A stretch of DNA of 64,000 nt from Gammaproteobacteria bacterium (GTDB lineage: Bacteria > Pseudomonadota > Gammaproteobacteria > Pseudomonadales > Azotimanducaceae). Positions 28,040 through 39,126 of this stretch are shown piece by piece. The stretch is taken from the NCBI GenBank assembly GCA_038104735.1, contig JAYOBI010000007.1:9780-73779 (forward strand), read 5' to 3'. The notes under the pieces were generated by a model, which worked only from the letters and a program-made list of their open reading frames with translations, was not told the DNA's origin and made no database searches. Each line of letters opens with the position of its first letter. The stretch's first letter is position 1. Made by a program: the position numbers and the translations under genes.

Positions 28040-29874
28040 ATTTGCTCGTCTTGACGCTCACTGTAGTCGCCTTGCCGAAGCCGCTGATTAGTTTCGTGCT
28101 GGAATTTTCGGCGTAGCAGGCCTCCGGGATCATCCGGGATCCGTCGCAGCCATTGTTCGAGGGCCTCATCTTTCTCATTGCGTTGTTGCTCATCCTGGCC
28201 CTGAGCTAGGTCCGAGGGGTTCTGCTCGGTTGTCGCATCTGGGTCTTGCTGCCCCTCGTGTTCTTGAGTTTCGTCCTGGTTGCCCGACTGAGACTCTTCG
28301 TCAGCATTTTGTTGCTGATCTCCCTGCGACGATTCCGATTGATCGCTGGCGCTCTGGGACTGCTGGCTTTGCTGTTCCTGCTGCTGTTGATCTTGCTCGC
28401 TGCGCTGTTGCTCTTGCTGGGTTAGCAGTTCCTCCAGCAGAGCTTTATTGAAGGCAGCGTCTTCATGTTGAGGGTCTTTGGCCAATACATTCTCGTATCG
28501 GGCTATGGCATCAGCATAACGTCCCATCTTCGCCATAGCGTTGGCCTGATTGTAAAGACCTCGCTGGCTCGGATCCCGGCGAAAATCCTCAAGCGCCGCT
28601 GAGTAATCGCCGCTTTGATACAGGGCGGAACCGCGCCATTGGGGATGTTCAAATACTCCGGCGGCTTTCGCTGCCTCGCCACGTTGCAGAAATTCATGGC
28701 CTTGTTGGTCGGGTCTTAGCCAAAGCGAACGCCAGCTTTGCAGCCAGCTTGGCTGACTCTCGATAACGCCGCGGCTGACCTGAGTTTGCATCTTGCTCTG
28801 AGTAGGCCCGGTGCCTTGGCTCGGGGAGGCATCCGCCCAGCTCGGTTCTGGCAGCAACAGCAACGCAAGACTGGCCGTGATTAAACCCCGTCGGAAGGAT
28901 GCCAGCATCAGCGCGGCCAACGGCAGGCATAGCCAAAATCCCATATCGGCCCAAACATCAAATTCGCGTTCCACCTCGATGGTGGCGTCCTCACTGGGTA
29001 GTGTCACGGCTAAGGTTACCAGCAGATCCTTGTCGCTGATGGTTACTTGAGAATAACGCCCGTAGCTTTGTTGTGCCGCCTGAATCAACGGTGTCTCGTT
29101 TAGCCTGGCGACTACTGTCTGTCCCAACTCGTCGGTCAAAAAAATTGGCGCTTCGTTGGCCTGCTTGATGGGAATATTGGCACCGTCGTTGGTACCGATA
29201 CCAATGATCGAAATCGGAAACGCGCGATTGCGGAAATCGCTGATGTCACTGGCCCGGCGAATACCGTCGGTTAGCAGTAGAATTCGACCCTCCATCAGGC
29301 CAGCGTTGGCGAACAGCTCTTTCGCAATACGAATACCGCTGGCGGGGCGGCTGCCGAGTACTGGCATCATGGCTGGGTTTAGGGAACTCAGGAGATTTTC
29401 GATGGTGTTGCTGTCGTCTGTAATTGGAACGACAGCATGACCGTCGCCAGCATAGGCGACTAAACCTGTAGAACCCTCGATGCGCAGCCGCAGGGCATCA
29501 ACGATCTTTTGGCGGGCCTTGGCCAAGCGCGAGGGCGCGATGTCCTCAGCATACATGGATAACGACAAATCTAAGACGATGACGAGGGCATCGTTTTTTT
29601 GTGACACGGGCTGGGGCAGTCGCTCCCAGGTGGGACCTGCCAAGGCCAGGCACGTGAAGAGGGCGCCGGCATACAGGCTGGTGCGCAGGATTAGGGTTGA
29701 GCTGCGGGTGTCATCATCTAACAGTGCGGTGAGCAAGTCAGGCGCGATGGCGTCAGACCAGGGGCTGCGTTGGCGGGTGCGCCGAATCCAAAGGTAAATC
29801 AGCAGCACCAAGGGCGGCAGGGCGAGCAGCCACTCAGGCCGCAAAAAATGGAAATTGTTGGCCAGTTCATTCAT
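28033..29874 (-). CDS. VWA + TPR protein (BatB/BatC-like)
   Basis: DLSLSM MIDAS motif, LLTDG, TPR repeats, Gln/Glu-rich tail, WLRRIPDDPGGLLRRKF. Confidence 0.88.
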   Translation of the reverse strand: MNELANNFHFLRPEWLLALPPLVLLIYLWIRRTRQRSPWSDAIAPDLLTALLDDDTRSSTLILRTSLYAGALFTCLALAGPTWERLPQPVSQKNDALVIVLDLSLSMYAEDIAPSRLAKARQKIVDALRLRIEGSTGLVAYAGDGHAVVPITDDSNTIENLLSSLNPAMMPVLGSRPASGIRIAKELFANAGLMEGRILLLTDGIRRASDISDFRNRAFPISIIGIGTNDGANIPIKQANEAPIFLTDELGQTVVARLNETPLIQAAQQSYGRYSQVTISDKDLLVTLAVTLPSEDATIEVEREFDVWADMGFWLCLPLAALMLASFRRGLITASLALLLLPEPSWADASPSQGTGPTQSKMQTQVSRGVIESQPSWLQSWRSLWLRPDQQGHEFLQRGEAAKAAGVFEHPQWRGSALYQSGDYSAALEDFRRDPSQRGLYNQANAMAKMGRYADAIARYENVLAKDPQHEDAAFNKALLEELLTQQEQQRSEQDQQQQEQQSQQSQSASDQSESSQGDQQQNADEESQSGNQDETQEHEGQQDPDATTEQNPSDLAQGQDEQQRNEKDEALEQWLRRIPDDPGGLLRRKFQHETNQRLRQGDYSERQDEQIW

Positions 29875-30889
29875 TAGCAGTGCGGCCTTTAGAGCCCATT
29901 GGGCTCAGCCAGTCGGCCATTAGCAGGCAGATCCATAGCGCCATGCAGGCGCCTAAGGGCCAATGGTACAGTGCCTGAATTGGGCGAAAAGTTTCAGCCT
30001 CCTGCTCAACGGGCTCTAAGGCGTCAATGAGCTCATAAATTGCCAACAACGCACCGGGATCTTTCGCGCGAAAATAGCGACCGCCGGTAACGTCGGCAAT
30101 GGCTTGTAGCGCGTCTTCGTCCAGGTCTGCCGAAGGATTGGTCATGCGCCCACTGATCCGACCCAGCAAGCCGGGCACGCGCATTTCGTCCGCCCCCACG
30201 CCAACGGTGTAAATACGGATGTTGTCTCGCGCAGCCAAGTCTGCGGCCACACTGGGTTCTACCTCACCAACGTTATTCGCCCCGTCCGTCAGCAGAATCA
30301 GCACCTTCTCTTGTTGAGGGCGCAGGCGTAAGCGTTTGACCGCTAGGCCAATGGCATCACCAATGGCGGTTTTCCCTCCGGCAATGCCCACTGGCGCTTC
30401 AATCAATAGCCGGTTAACGCTTTTCAGGTCGAAGGTGAGTGGGGCCTGCAAGTAGGCATTGCTGCCGAATAGCACCAAACCAACACGGTCGCCTACCCGA
30501 GCAGCGGTGAAGTTAGATATCACGGCTTTGACTACAGCGAGTCGCTCAACGTTTTCACCGTCGACGACCATATCTTCCGTAGCCATGCTGCCGGAAATAT
30601 CAACGGCCAGCATCAGGTCTCGGCCAGATGTAGGTAGGCTTACGGGCTCGCCGGTAAATTGTGGTCTGGCCAGGGCAGTCAGCAGCAATAGCCACGCTAA
30701 GGCCATTACCCAAAGACGCCACGGACTCTGTGCTCCAAGGCTGCCCTCCGCGGTACCAACGGACGAAAATGCATCCAGGGACGGTACGGCTAAAGCCGGC
30801 GCCTGCGCTTCGCTCGCGCCAATAAATCGCCGTACAAACCAAGGCAGCGGCAGCGCAAAGAAGGCGTAGGGCCACAGCCATTCAATCAT
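29867..30889 (-). CDS. VWA-domain protein (BatA-like)
   Basis: AVDISGSM, APLTFD, TAIGDAIG, LLTDG. Confidence 0.9.
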   Translation of the reverse strand: MIEWLWPYAFFALPLPWFVRRFIGASEAQAPALAVPSLDAFSSVGTAEGSLGAQSPWRLWVMALAWLLLLTALARPQFTGEPVSLPTSGRDLMLAVDISGSMATEDMVVDGENVERLAVVKAVISNFTAARVGDRVGLVLFGSNAYLQAPLTFDLKSVNRLLIEAPVGIAGGKTAIGDAIGLAVKRLRLRPQQEKVLILLTDGANNVGEVEPSVAADLAARDNIRIYTVGVGADEMRVPGLLGRISGRMTNPSADLDEDALQAIADVTGGRYFRAKDPGALLAIYELIDALEPVEQEAETFRPIQALYHWPLGACMALWICLLMADWLSPMGSKGRTANE

Positions 30890-31407
30890 CGGGCCACCTC
30901 CTCATGTGATGCGCGAATTGCGGCATGGGCCTGGGCCGCATTTCCCGGCTGCAGTTGTTTGAGTAGGCCTGCAACGGCTTGGTGCAGCTGCGCTCGAGCA
31001 ATTGGTTGGTCCGGCGCAAACCGAGCTGTGCCTAAGGCGCGGCCAGGACCCTGACTGAAATTCTGGGTTTGACTGATGCTATCCAGGGCTCGCAGCCAGT
31101 CGTCGCCGCTGAGCTTGCCCAGGGGCTGCATGTCTAGTGCCGCTACTAGAACCCGCTTAAGCAACTCGTTGCAGGCGTGGACCGCCTCAGAATCGGCATT
31201 GCCATGAGCAAACACGGACTGCAAAAGCAGCTCGGCCGCGCGGATTGGTGCGCGCGCCTGCCAGCGCCGCCAAGCCACCCGAGCAGCCCAAACCACCGAG
31301 AGCAAAAGCACAACTGCCAGCACCCACCAGCCCGGCGCCGGAGGCCACCAAGACGGCGCTGCAGGCAGATAGATGTCACGCAGTTGGGCAAGAGGGTCGG
31401 CGTTCAT
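30886..31407 (-). CDS. DUF4381 protein
   Basis: LAQLRDIYLPAAPSWWPPAPGWW. Confidence 0.85.
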   Translation of the reverse strand: MNADPLAQLRDIYLPAAPSWWPPAPGWWVLAVVLLLSVVWAARVAWRRWQARAPIRAAELLLQSVFAHGNADSEAVHACNELLKRVLVAALDMQPLGKLSGDDWLRALDSISQTQNFSQGPGRALGTARFAPDQPIARAQLHQAVAGLLKQLQPGNAAQAHAAIRASHEEVAR

Positions 31408-32444
31408 GATGTCCTGGTGACATGGGCCTGTGCGGCGGTTTCGATATCAAGGAGGTCCCATTGCGGATCATCGGTACCCAGGCGCACCAAGCCAGCTGCC
31501 CAGCGGTGACTGAGCTCTTCAATGGCACGGAGGTGTTGCTGATAGTCCTCGGCATAACGCTGACGCCGTCTTGCATCGCCGGAAAAGAAGCTGAGCTGCT
31601 GCGCTCCCTGACGAATGGTGTAGCTACCGGTGGGTGGCAGAGCCGCATCTAGAGGGTCACTGATCTGGGCCAAAATAACCTGGTGCTTGCGGGCAAGTTG
31701 GCCCAGCGACTGATCCAATAACGGCAGAGCACCGACTCTGCACCAACCGACCAAGTCGCTGATGATAAAGATTCGCAGCCGCTGTCTGCTCAATCGCTGC
31801 AAACCCTCCAGGGCCTGTTCCAGCCGACCCAGCGCCGCACCCTTATCACTGGCGGGATTGACTCGATGCAGGGCCTGATTGCTGCGCGCAACCTGTAGCA
31901 GCAGACGGCCTGTGGCTTTTGCAGTGCGTGCTGGACGAAAGAGGTGATGGCCGCCGTTATCCAGCACCAGCCCGCCAACCCGGTCCCCGTGACCGGTTAG
32001 CCGCCAGGCCAAGCGTCCGGCCAGTTCCGCACTGGCGACGGATTTAAGTCGCTGCTGGGAGCCAAAAAACATGGTCTGGCTTTGATCGACAAAAAGCAGC
32101 GCAGGGTATTCCCGCTCTTCACGGAACACCTTGGTGTGGGGCGTATTTTTGCGTGCGGTAACTCGCCAATCGATGCTGCGAACGTCGTCCCCGGGCTGAT
32201 ACTGACGGACTTCGGCAAAATCGACGCCCCGACCCTTTTGCTTAGATAGGCGCATGCCGGCCAGCGGGCTGGATAGCCCTTGGGGTCGGAGCGATTGGTT
32301 GGAGCTGGGCTGGAGTCGCAGCTGCAGCAGTTGCTCGAGATTGACGTAGGCGCCAGAGATGGCATCACTGCTTGTTTTCAGTGTAGCTCCGGAGTTTTGT
32401 GTAACCGGCCGGGTTTGTTGGTCGAGCTGAGTTGACGTCGTCAT
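31404..32444 (-). CDS. DUF58 protein
   Basis: GRGVDFAEVRQYQPGDDVRSIDWRVTAR, VDQSQTM, ISD. Confidence 0.92.
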   Translation of the reverse strand: MTTSTQLDQQTRPVTQNSGATLKTSSDAISGAYVNLEQLLQLRLQPSSNQSLRPQGLSSPLAGMRLSKQKGRGVDFAEVRQYQPGDDVRSIDWRVTARKNTPHTKVFREEREYPALLFVDQSQTMFFGSQQRLKSVASAELAGRLAWRLTGHGDRVGGLVLDNGGHHLFRPARTAKATGRLLLQVARSNQALHRVNPASDKGAALGRLEQALEGLQRLSRQRLRIFIISDLVGWCRVGALPLLDQSLGQLARKHQVILAQISDPLDAALPPTGSYTIRQGAQQLSFFSGDARRRQRYAEDYQQHLRAIEELSHRWAAGLVRLGTDDPQWDLLDIETAAQAHVTRTS

Positions 32445-32462
32445 AGTGGCGTAAGCAATGGC

Positions 32463-33461
<999 letters not shown>

Positions 33462-33715
33462 GGATTAGGCTCTCAAGAAAATCAAAGAAGCATTGTAGCT
33501 AGCCCTTGAGTGCCAACAAGGCCTTTTGCGTCCGGCGTACCAGCGGTGTCTAGGCATGGGCCTCTGGATGCCCAACAAGTCGCGCAATCGTTGCGGCAGT
33601 TCGTGTAGGACGGGCGCTTTGGAAAAATGCTGTGCTGGCCCTAAAAAAACGGATTCCTACTTTATGAGGGAAGTCCAGAGCTCTAGACTGGCTCACCTGT
33701 TAAAAGGTGTTGTTT

Positions 33716-34726
33716 ATGAGTCTTCTGCAAAAACTCCTGCTCTCTTTGCCACCGGAGACGGCACACAACGCCGCTATGGCCGGGCTGCGGTTTACCGGCC
33801 ACTTCCCCGGGTCTGTTTCGCCTCTTACCGGGGCTCATCGCAAGTTTTTGGGTAAAACCCTGATAAACCCCATTGGCCTAGCAGCGGGCTTGGACAAAAA
33901 CGCTGAAGCGGTGCTGGGCCTGGCGCGCTGTGGGTTTGGTTTTTTGGAGGTGGGCACGGTAACGCCGCTAGCTCAGCCGGGAAACCCGAAACCGCGCCTG
34001 TTTCGTCTGCCTGAACACCAGGCGCTGATCAATCGCATGGGGTTTAATAATCACGGTATGCGGGCCATGGCCACAAAGCTGGCGCGGGTCCGCGCGAGCC
34101 GGCGCCTGCAGGGCGTGCTGTTAGGGGTAAACCTGGGAAAGAACAAAGACACCCCGAACGAGGAGGCCGCGTCAGACTATCTTAAAGGGATGACGTGCCT
34201 GCACAGCTACGCAGACTATTTCACCGTGAATTTGTCCTCGCCGAACACACCGGGTTTGCGTCAGCTTCAACACGGCGAGCCGCTGCGCGCACTTTTGAGT
34301 GACATCAAGGAGCAACAGCTCGCGCTGAGCAGTCAGGGTATGCCGGTGCCGCTCATGCTGAAGATCGCTCCGGATCTGGCTGCCGAGGAGATCTCGCAAA
34401 TTGCCGAGCAGGCGGTGGCCTGCGGCTTCGACGGCATTATCGCAACGAATACCACCCTAGCTCGGGACCAGGTTGCAGAGCACCTCCATGGTCAAGAGAC
34501 TGGCGGCTTGAGTGGTGCACCCTTGACCCAGCGCAGTGTGCAAATCATGACCCAGCTGCGGGAGGCTTTGCCCGCCAGAATGACCTTGGTGGGAGTTGGG
34601 GGGATTGGGCGGCCCGGTGACGCTCGCGCCATGCTGGATGCTGGTGCTGATGCGTTACAAATATACACATCATTTATCTACGAAGGCACCAAAATAGTGC
34701 GGCTTATGGTGGAGGAGACCTGCTAA
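33716..34726 (+). CDS. pyrD: Quinone-dependent dihydroorotate dehydrogenase
   Basis: GLAAGLDKN, NRMGFNN, NLGKNKDT, NLSSPNTPGLR, KIAPD, GGLSGAP. Confidence 0.96.
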   Translation: MSLLQKLLLSLPPETAHNAAMAGLRFTGHFPGSVSPLTGAHRKFLGKTLINPIGLAAGLDKNAEAVLGLARCGFGFLEVGTVTPLAQPGNPKPRLFRLPEHQALINRMGFNNHGMRAMATKLARVRASRRLQGVLLGVNLGKNKDTPNEEAASDYLKGMTCLHSYADYFTVNLSSPNTPGLRQLQHGEPLRALLSDIKEQQLALSSQGMPVPLMLKIAPDLAAEEISQIAEQAVACGFDGIIATNTTLARDQVAEHLHGQETGGLSGAPLTQRSVQIMTQLREALPARMTLVGVGGIGRPGDARAMLDAGADALQIYTSFIYEGTKIVRLMVEETC

Positions 34727-34823
34727 TTTACTTGTGCTGATTGGGGGGTATAAAACGCACAATTTTGTGGCGTTTTGTCCTTGGGTTCGCTTAAATGCTT
34801 GCTCCATTAGAGAGGACGAACCC

Positions 34824-36104
34824 ATGAAAAAATTCTTGCTACTGCTTGGTGGGCTGTTGTGCAGCCAAGCAGCTTACGCTGACGGCATTAGTGGTGCTGA
34901 TACCGCTTGGATCATGACGGCCACAGCCCTCGTGCTCTTCATGACGATTCCCGGTTTATCGTTGTTTTACGCAGGTCTGGTGCGGTCTAAAAACGTGCTC
35001 AGCGTACTGATGCAGTGCTTTACTATCACCTGTCTGATGTCCCTGCTTTGGCTGGTGGCGGGATATTCCCTGGCATTTGGTGACGGCGGGTCGTGGAACG
35101 GTTTTATTGGCGGCTTAGACAATATGCTGCTGGTGAATATCGGTGAGGACACCCCTTCTGGCACCATTCCGGAAAGTGTCTTTGCGTTGTTTCAAATGAC
35201 CTTTGCGGTCATAACGCCAGCGCTGATTGTTGGTGGTTTTGCCGAACGGATGCGCTTTTCCGCCGTAGTTATTTTTTCTGCCGCCTGGTTACTTTTAGTT
35301 TATGCGCCCATCTGCCACTGGGTTTGGGGTGGCGGCTGGCTGAGCGATCTTGGGGTAATGGACTTTGCCGGTGGCATTGTTGTTCATATTACCGCCGGGG
35401 TTGCAGCTTTAGTCGCGGCCGTGGTCCTGGGCAACCGTCGCGGTTTTCCTTCTCAAGCCATGCCACCCCACAACATGACGATGTCGATTACCGGCGCCGG
35501 GATGCTGTGGGTTGGTTGGTTCGGTTTCAACGGCGGCAGTGCGTTGGCAGCCAATGGTGACGCTGGCATGGCTATGCTAGTGACTCACATTTCCGCGGCG
35601 GCAGGGGCGATTACCTGGATGCTGCTCGAGCGCATCAATCATGGCAAAGCATCGGCCCTGGGCGCAGTTACCGGCATGGTTGCGGGCTTGGGCACGATTA
35701 CGCCTGCCTCAGGGTTCGTTGGGCCCGGCGGCGGTTTGATTATCGGCTTGAGCGCAGGCTTTGTTTGCTACTACGCGACAGGGTTTATCAAGCGCACCCT
35801 TAAGATTGACGATTCCCTGGATGTTTTCCCCGTCCATGGCGTGGGTGGCATCCTCGGCACGTTGCTGACAGCCGTGTTCGCGAGCAACGCCCTTGGCGCA
35901 TTCAGTGGTCAGCACGATATCGACATTGGTGCGCAGTTCTCAACCCAGGCCATCGGGGTGGTTGCCGCCATCGTTTACACTGCGGTAATTACTTTTGTTA
36001 TCCTAAAAGTGACAGAAGCCCTGGTGGGTAACCGAGTCGATGACGAAGACGAAATGCAGGGCTTGGATTTGATTTCTCACGATGAGCGGGGCTACGACAT
36101 ATAA
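34824..36104 (+). CDS. amtB: Ammonium transporter
   Basis: FQMTFA, DFAGGIVVH, LWVGWFGFNGGS, DDSLDVFPVHG (twin His); ATG at 34824 follows GAGGA. Confidence 0.96.
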   Translation: MKKFLLLLGGLLCSQAAYADGISGADTAWIMTATALVLFMTIPGLSLFYAGLVRSKNVLSVLMQCFTITCLMSLLWLVAGYSLAFGDGGSWNGFIGGLDNMLLVNIGEDTPSGTIPESVFALFQMTFAVITPALIVGGFAERMRFSAVVIFSAAWLLLVYAPICHWVWGGGWLSDLGVMDFAGGIVVHITAGVAALVAAVVLGNRRGFPSQAMPPHNMTMSITGAGMLWVGWFGFNGGSALAANGDAGMAMLVTHISAAAGAITWMLLERINHGKASALGAVTGMVAGLGTITPASGFVGPGGGLIIGLSAGFVCYYATGFIKRTLKIDDSLDVFPVHGVGGILGTLLTAVFASNALGAFSGQHDIDIGAQFSTQAIGVVAAIVYTAVITFVILKVTEALVGNRVDDEDEMQGLDLISHDERGYDI

Positions 36105-36190
36105 GAGAGGGGCCCATTCGGGGCTTATAAAAAACGTAGTTCCTGTGAGAGAACTGGTCGACGCAGGAAGAAGTCGCTCGAGCAGATTGC

Positions 36191-36216
36191 AACCGCCCCT
36201 AGGGGCGGTTTTTTTT
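36191..36216 (+). terminator. Rho-independent terminator downstream of amtB
   Basis: Palindrome AACCGCCCCTAGGGGCGGTT running into a T8 tract. Confidence 0.9.
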
Positions 36217-36318
36217 GTTCTATTACATTGGGTTGTGGAGTTTAATTCGGTCGCTCGTTAAGTTTCTGTTGACTGCCTGGGCCTGAATTTGGTGCTCTCT
36301 GGCCTGCCTTAGTCGGTA

Positions 36319-37257
36319 TTAGCGTTGGCAGGCGTTGCGGACCAGCGCATCGACTAGGAATGCAAAGGGATAACCAATTGCGGCAGCTCCCTCTGGATAA
36401 AGGCTGGTGGGCGTCATTCCTGGCAATGTGTTTACCTCAAGTAGAAATGCCTCATCCTGCTCCGTGACAATAAAGTCGGCCCTGGATAGGTCCTCAAGGC
36501 CTAGGCAGCGATGGGCCTTCTGGGCAATCTCCTGCAGGTGTTCAGATAAGGCCTGACTCACCGGCGCAGGCATCACATGTTCACTGTGTCCGGGCGTGTA
36601 GCGATGCTCAAAGTCATACCATTGATTGTCTGGGGTGCGTATCTCAATTACCGGGTGCACTTTGTATTGACCCTGCAGGTGCAGTACGCCAACGGTCATC
36701 TCCCGGCCCGCAATAAACGGTTCAACTAGGCACGCACCGTGTTGCAGGCTGGATTCCAGGGCCGCTGCAACGTTGCCGCCTTCAGGTAGCAGTTGAACGC
36801 CAATAGCTGACCCTTGATTCAGTGGTTTGATCGCCACGCCTGTTCCCAGGTGCTGACGAATGTGGCTGACGGCGGCGGCAAGATCTTGGCCCGGGCTCAC
36901 AATAACGTCCGGGCATACCGGCAGTCCTTGTCGCTGGAACAGTGCCTTGGCCAAAGCTTTGTCCATAGCCACGGCGCTGCCGCGCACACCGCTGCCCACA
37001 TAGGGCAAGCCCAGCATCTCGAGCAACCCTTGAACGGTGCCATCCTCCCCCGGAGGACCATGTAAGGCGGGGAAAACGACATCTGGGGCCATGTCCAATA
37101 GGTGCCTTGCGCAGTTGCTGTCCAGTTCAATAACGCGGGTAGCGTGCCCGCTGGCCTTCAGCGCCGCTTGAATTTGCGACGCAGAATTTCGCGACACCTC
37201 GGCTTCGGCAGAGGGGCCTCCAGCTAGAATTGCTACTGACAGCGAGGCTTGGGTCAT
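36319..37257 (-). CDS. ddl: D-alanine--D-alanine ligase-type ATP-grasp enzyme (outside the dcw cluster)
   Basis: [49 protein letters not shown]. Confidence 0.88.
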   Translation of the reverse strand: MTQASLSVAILAGGPSAEAEVSRNSASQIQAALKASGHATRVIELDSNCARHLLDMAPDVVFPALHGPPGEDGTVQGLLEMLGLPYVGSGVRGSAVAMDKALAKALFQRQGLPVCPDVIVSPGQDLAAAVSHIRQHLGTGVAIKPLNQGSAIGVQLLPEGGNVAAALESSLQHGACLVEPFIAGREMTVGVLHLQGQYKVHPVIEIRTPDNQWYDFEHRYTPGHSEHVMPAPVSQALSEHLQEIAQKAHRCLGLEDLSRADFIVTEQDEAFLLEVNTLPGMTPTSLYPEGAAAIGYPFAFLVDALVRNACQR

Positions 37258-37781
37258 GGTTTTAGTGTCTCTCGGTCTGCACAAATGGACCAACGCTCGT
37301 GGTCCCGCCATTGTCCGTCGATGAAAAGAAAGTTTTGGCTTAAACCCTCGTACTGAAATCCGCAGCTTTCTACCAGAGCTTTAGAGCGTAGATTATCCGG
37401 CTGAATGTTTGCTTCCAAGCGGTGCAGGCCCAAGGTGGTAAAGGCCAGTCGCAACAGCTGCCCTAAACCCTGCTGCATGTATCCCTGCCCTTGGTAAGGC
37501 TGGCCGACGTAGTAGCCCAGCGAGGCATTTTGGAAAGTTCCGCGAACAATGTGATTCAAATTGATAACGCCAACAATGCGCTCATCCTCATTTCGGCAGA
37601 TCGCGAAACCTTCATGATCGCTGCGGCGAATGCGCTGAAGATAGTGCCGAAACATCTGCGGCGTGGTGGGTGGTGTGATCCACGGGCGGTGCGTGTCCAT
37701 GCTTGCACGCATCAAGCCTAGAAATTCCCCTTGGTCGTCACTAACCACTTTGCGCAGATAAACGTTGGTATCAATGTCCAT
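37254..37781 (-). CDS. RimJ/RimL-type GNAT N-acetyltransferase
   Basis: [41 protein letters not shown]. The longer ORF to 38063 overlaps the upstream gene. Confidence 0.88.
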   Translation of the reverse strand: MDIDTNVYLRKVVSDDQGEFLGLMRASMDTHRPWITPPTTPQMFRHYLQRIRRSDHEGFAICRNEDERIVGVINLNHIVRGTFQNASLGYYVGQPYQGQGYMQQGLGQLLRLAFTTLGLHRLEANIQPDNLRSKALVESCGFQYEGLSQNFLFIDGQWRDHERWSICADRETLKP

Positions 37782-38832
37782 ACGCGCCACCGTCTTCTGC
37801 ATTGGTGTTTGCGTGTTGTTGCCCGGCCGGGGCACTTGCGAACACATAAGCACCCCCACGATGGGCGAGCCAGGCCTCGGTGAAGGCTTTGAGAGGATAG
37901 CGCCGAGATACCTGGTCAGGCGTAGCACTCGCCGGGTCCATGACCAGGGCGAAGCCTTGATCCTGATCAAACTCAACGCCATAAAGGACCAGCAAATGCC
38001 CGCCACTTTGAGGCTGGGGCGCTCCTGGCAGCTGATCTTTGGCGTAGCGGATGCTGCAGACAATGGGTTGGCCGGTCTTTAATGCAGTCAAGGCATTGCC
38101 CCAGTCCACAAACGCTTCCACGCTGCCCAACAGCCCATGCTCAGAGGCCCAATAGGTGGCCAGCGGCCATTTGCCGTAGGCCTTGGTAAGCGGGTCGTAG
38201 CAATGCTCTACAGCCTGGGGCCAGTGGGTTGCAGCTGCGCTACCCATGACTGCCATTGCCGTGGCCGTGGGTGAGCAAATACGGCGAGCAATGGTTTTCT
38301 CGGCCTGCATCTGACTCACCGGCGCGGGCCGGGGTGTTCTCACTGCCTCACATGGTGTGGGCAGTTGCTGGATGTCCAGATCGACGGGGCGGACGCTTAC
38401 GGTCATAAGATCCCAGGTCGGTGGTTCTTGGCTCTCGGGCAGGAACAAGCTTAGGTGCAGCATAAGCTCGTCGACGTGAACCGCGCTGTGCCAGCAGTCG
38501 ATTTTTGGTACCAAAGCCTCTGTTTGGGTGCCGCCAGCGTTAAAACTCTGCCAGGGGCCAGTATTAGCGGGTAACACGGGTGACAGGATGCTTTGCTCGT
38601 CGGTACTAGCATCTCCAGCAGTCCATTGATATTGGTAGCCCGGTGACAGACAGGTGTAGCTTGGGACAATAATATGCTGGCCCGGAACCCCCTTGATGCT
38701 GACACAGGCGCGCCATGAGGATCCTTCCCCGGGGCCGACCTCGCTGTGCCGGTGCCACTGTATGGGGCCGTCCAGCGGCAAGGGAAACGAAACCCGTTCG
38801 GGGCAAGTTGCTAGTCGGGTGATGTAATGCAT
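37771..38832 (-). CDS. Peptidase C39-like (papain-fold) protein
   Basis: SQM...ICSPT (Gln/Cys), GGHLLVLYG (His), MDPA (Asp); no signal peptide. Confidence 0.8.
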   Translation of the reverse strand: MHYITRLATCPERVSFPLPLDGPIQWHRHSEVGPGEGSSWRACVSIKGVPGQHIIVPSYTCLSPGYQYQWTAGDASTDEQSILSPVLPANTGPWQSFNAGGTQTEALVPKIDCWHSAVHVDELMLHLSLFLPESQEPPTWDLMTVSVRPVDLDIQQLPTPCEAVRTPRPAPVSQMQAEKTIARRICSPTATAMAVMGSAAATHWPQAVEHCYDPLTKAYGKWPLATYWASEHGLLGSVEAFVDWGNALTALKTGQPIVCSIRYAKDQLPGAPQPQSGGHLLVLYGVEFDQDQGFALVMDPASATPDQVSRRYPLKAFTEAWLAHRGGAYVFASAPAGQQHANTNAEDGGAYGH

Positions 38833-38892
38833 GGCAAGATCTTAGCCCGGCTCGACGCTTCGGGCGACCACTCACTGACCCTATGAACGTTC

Positions 38893-39126
38893 ATGCAGCG
38901 ACTTATTTTGTATAGCACCCAGCACTGTCACCTGTGCGAACAAGCGTTAGATTTGCTGTTGAGTCAGCCAGGCTTGAGGGGGGTGCAGCTCGACGTGATT
39001 GATGTAGCGTCCACGGATGCTTTGATGGAGCGCTATGGGCCGCGGATCCCAGTATTGCGTTTGGGCGATCGAGAACTCGATGCACCCTTTGATAGAGACG
39101 ATTTGGCGCGTTTTTTGATCGCCTAA
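38893..39126 (+). CDS. Glutaredoxin-like protein (DUF836 type)
   Basis: YSTQHCHLCE, RYGPRIPVL. Confidence 0.85.
   Translation: MQRLILYSTQHCHLCEQALDLLLSQPGLRGVQLDVIDVASTDALMERYGPRIPVLRLGDRELDAPFDRDDLARFLIA

Noticed and set aside
28150-28440. Gln/Glu-rich low-complexity repeat in the VWA-TPR gene
   Set aside because: A common disordered linker in BatB/BatC-like proteins.
33526-33855. 109-aa ORF upstream of and overlapping pyrD
   Set aside because: TTG start, no motifs, overlaps pyrD out of frame; likely spurious.
34750-34802. NtrC site or sigma54 promoter for amtB
   Set aside because: GCACAATTTTGTGGC is not a proper GCAC-N7-GTGC, and no GG-N10-GC pair has correct spacing.
37782-38063. N-terminal extension of the GNAT ORF in the ORF track
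   Set aside because: Overlaps the C39-like gene in another frame; GNAT homology starts at ATG 37781.
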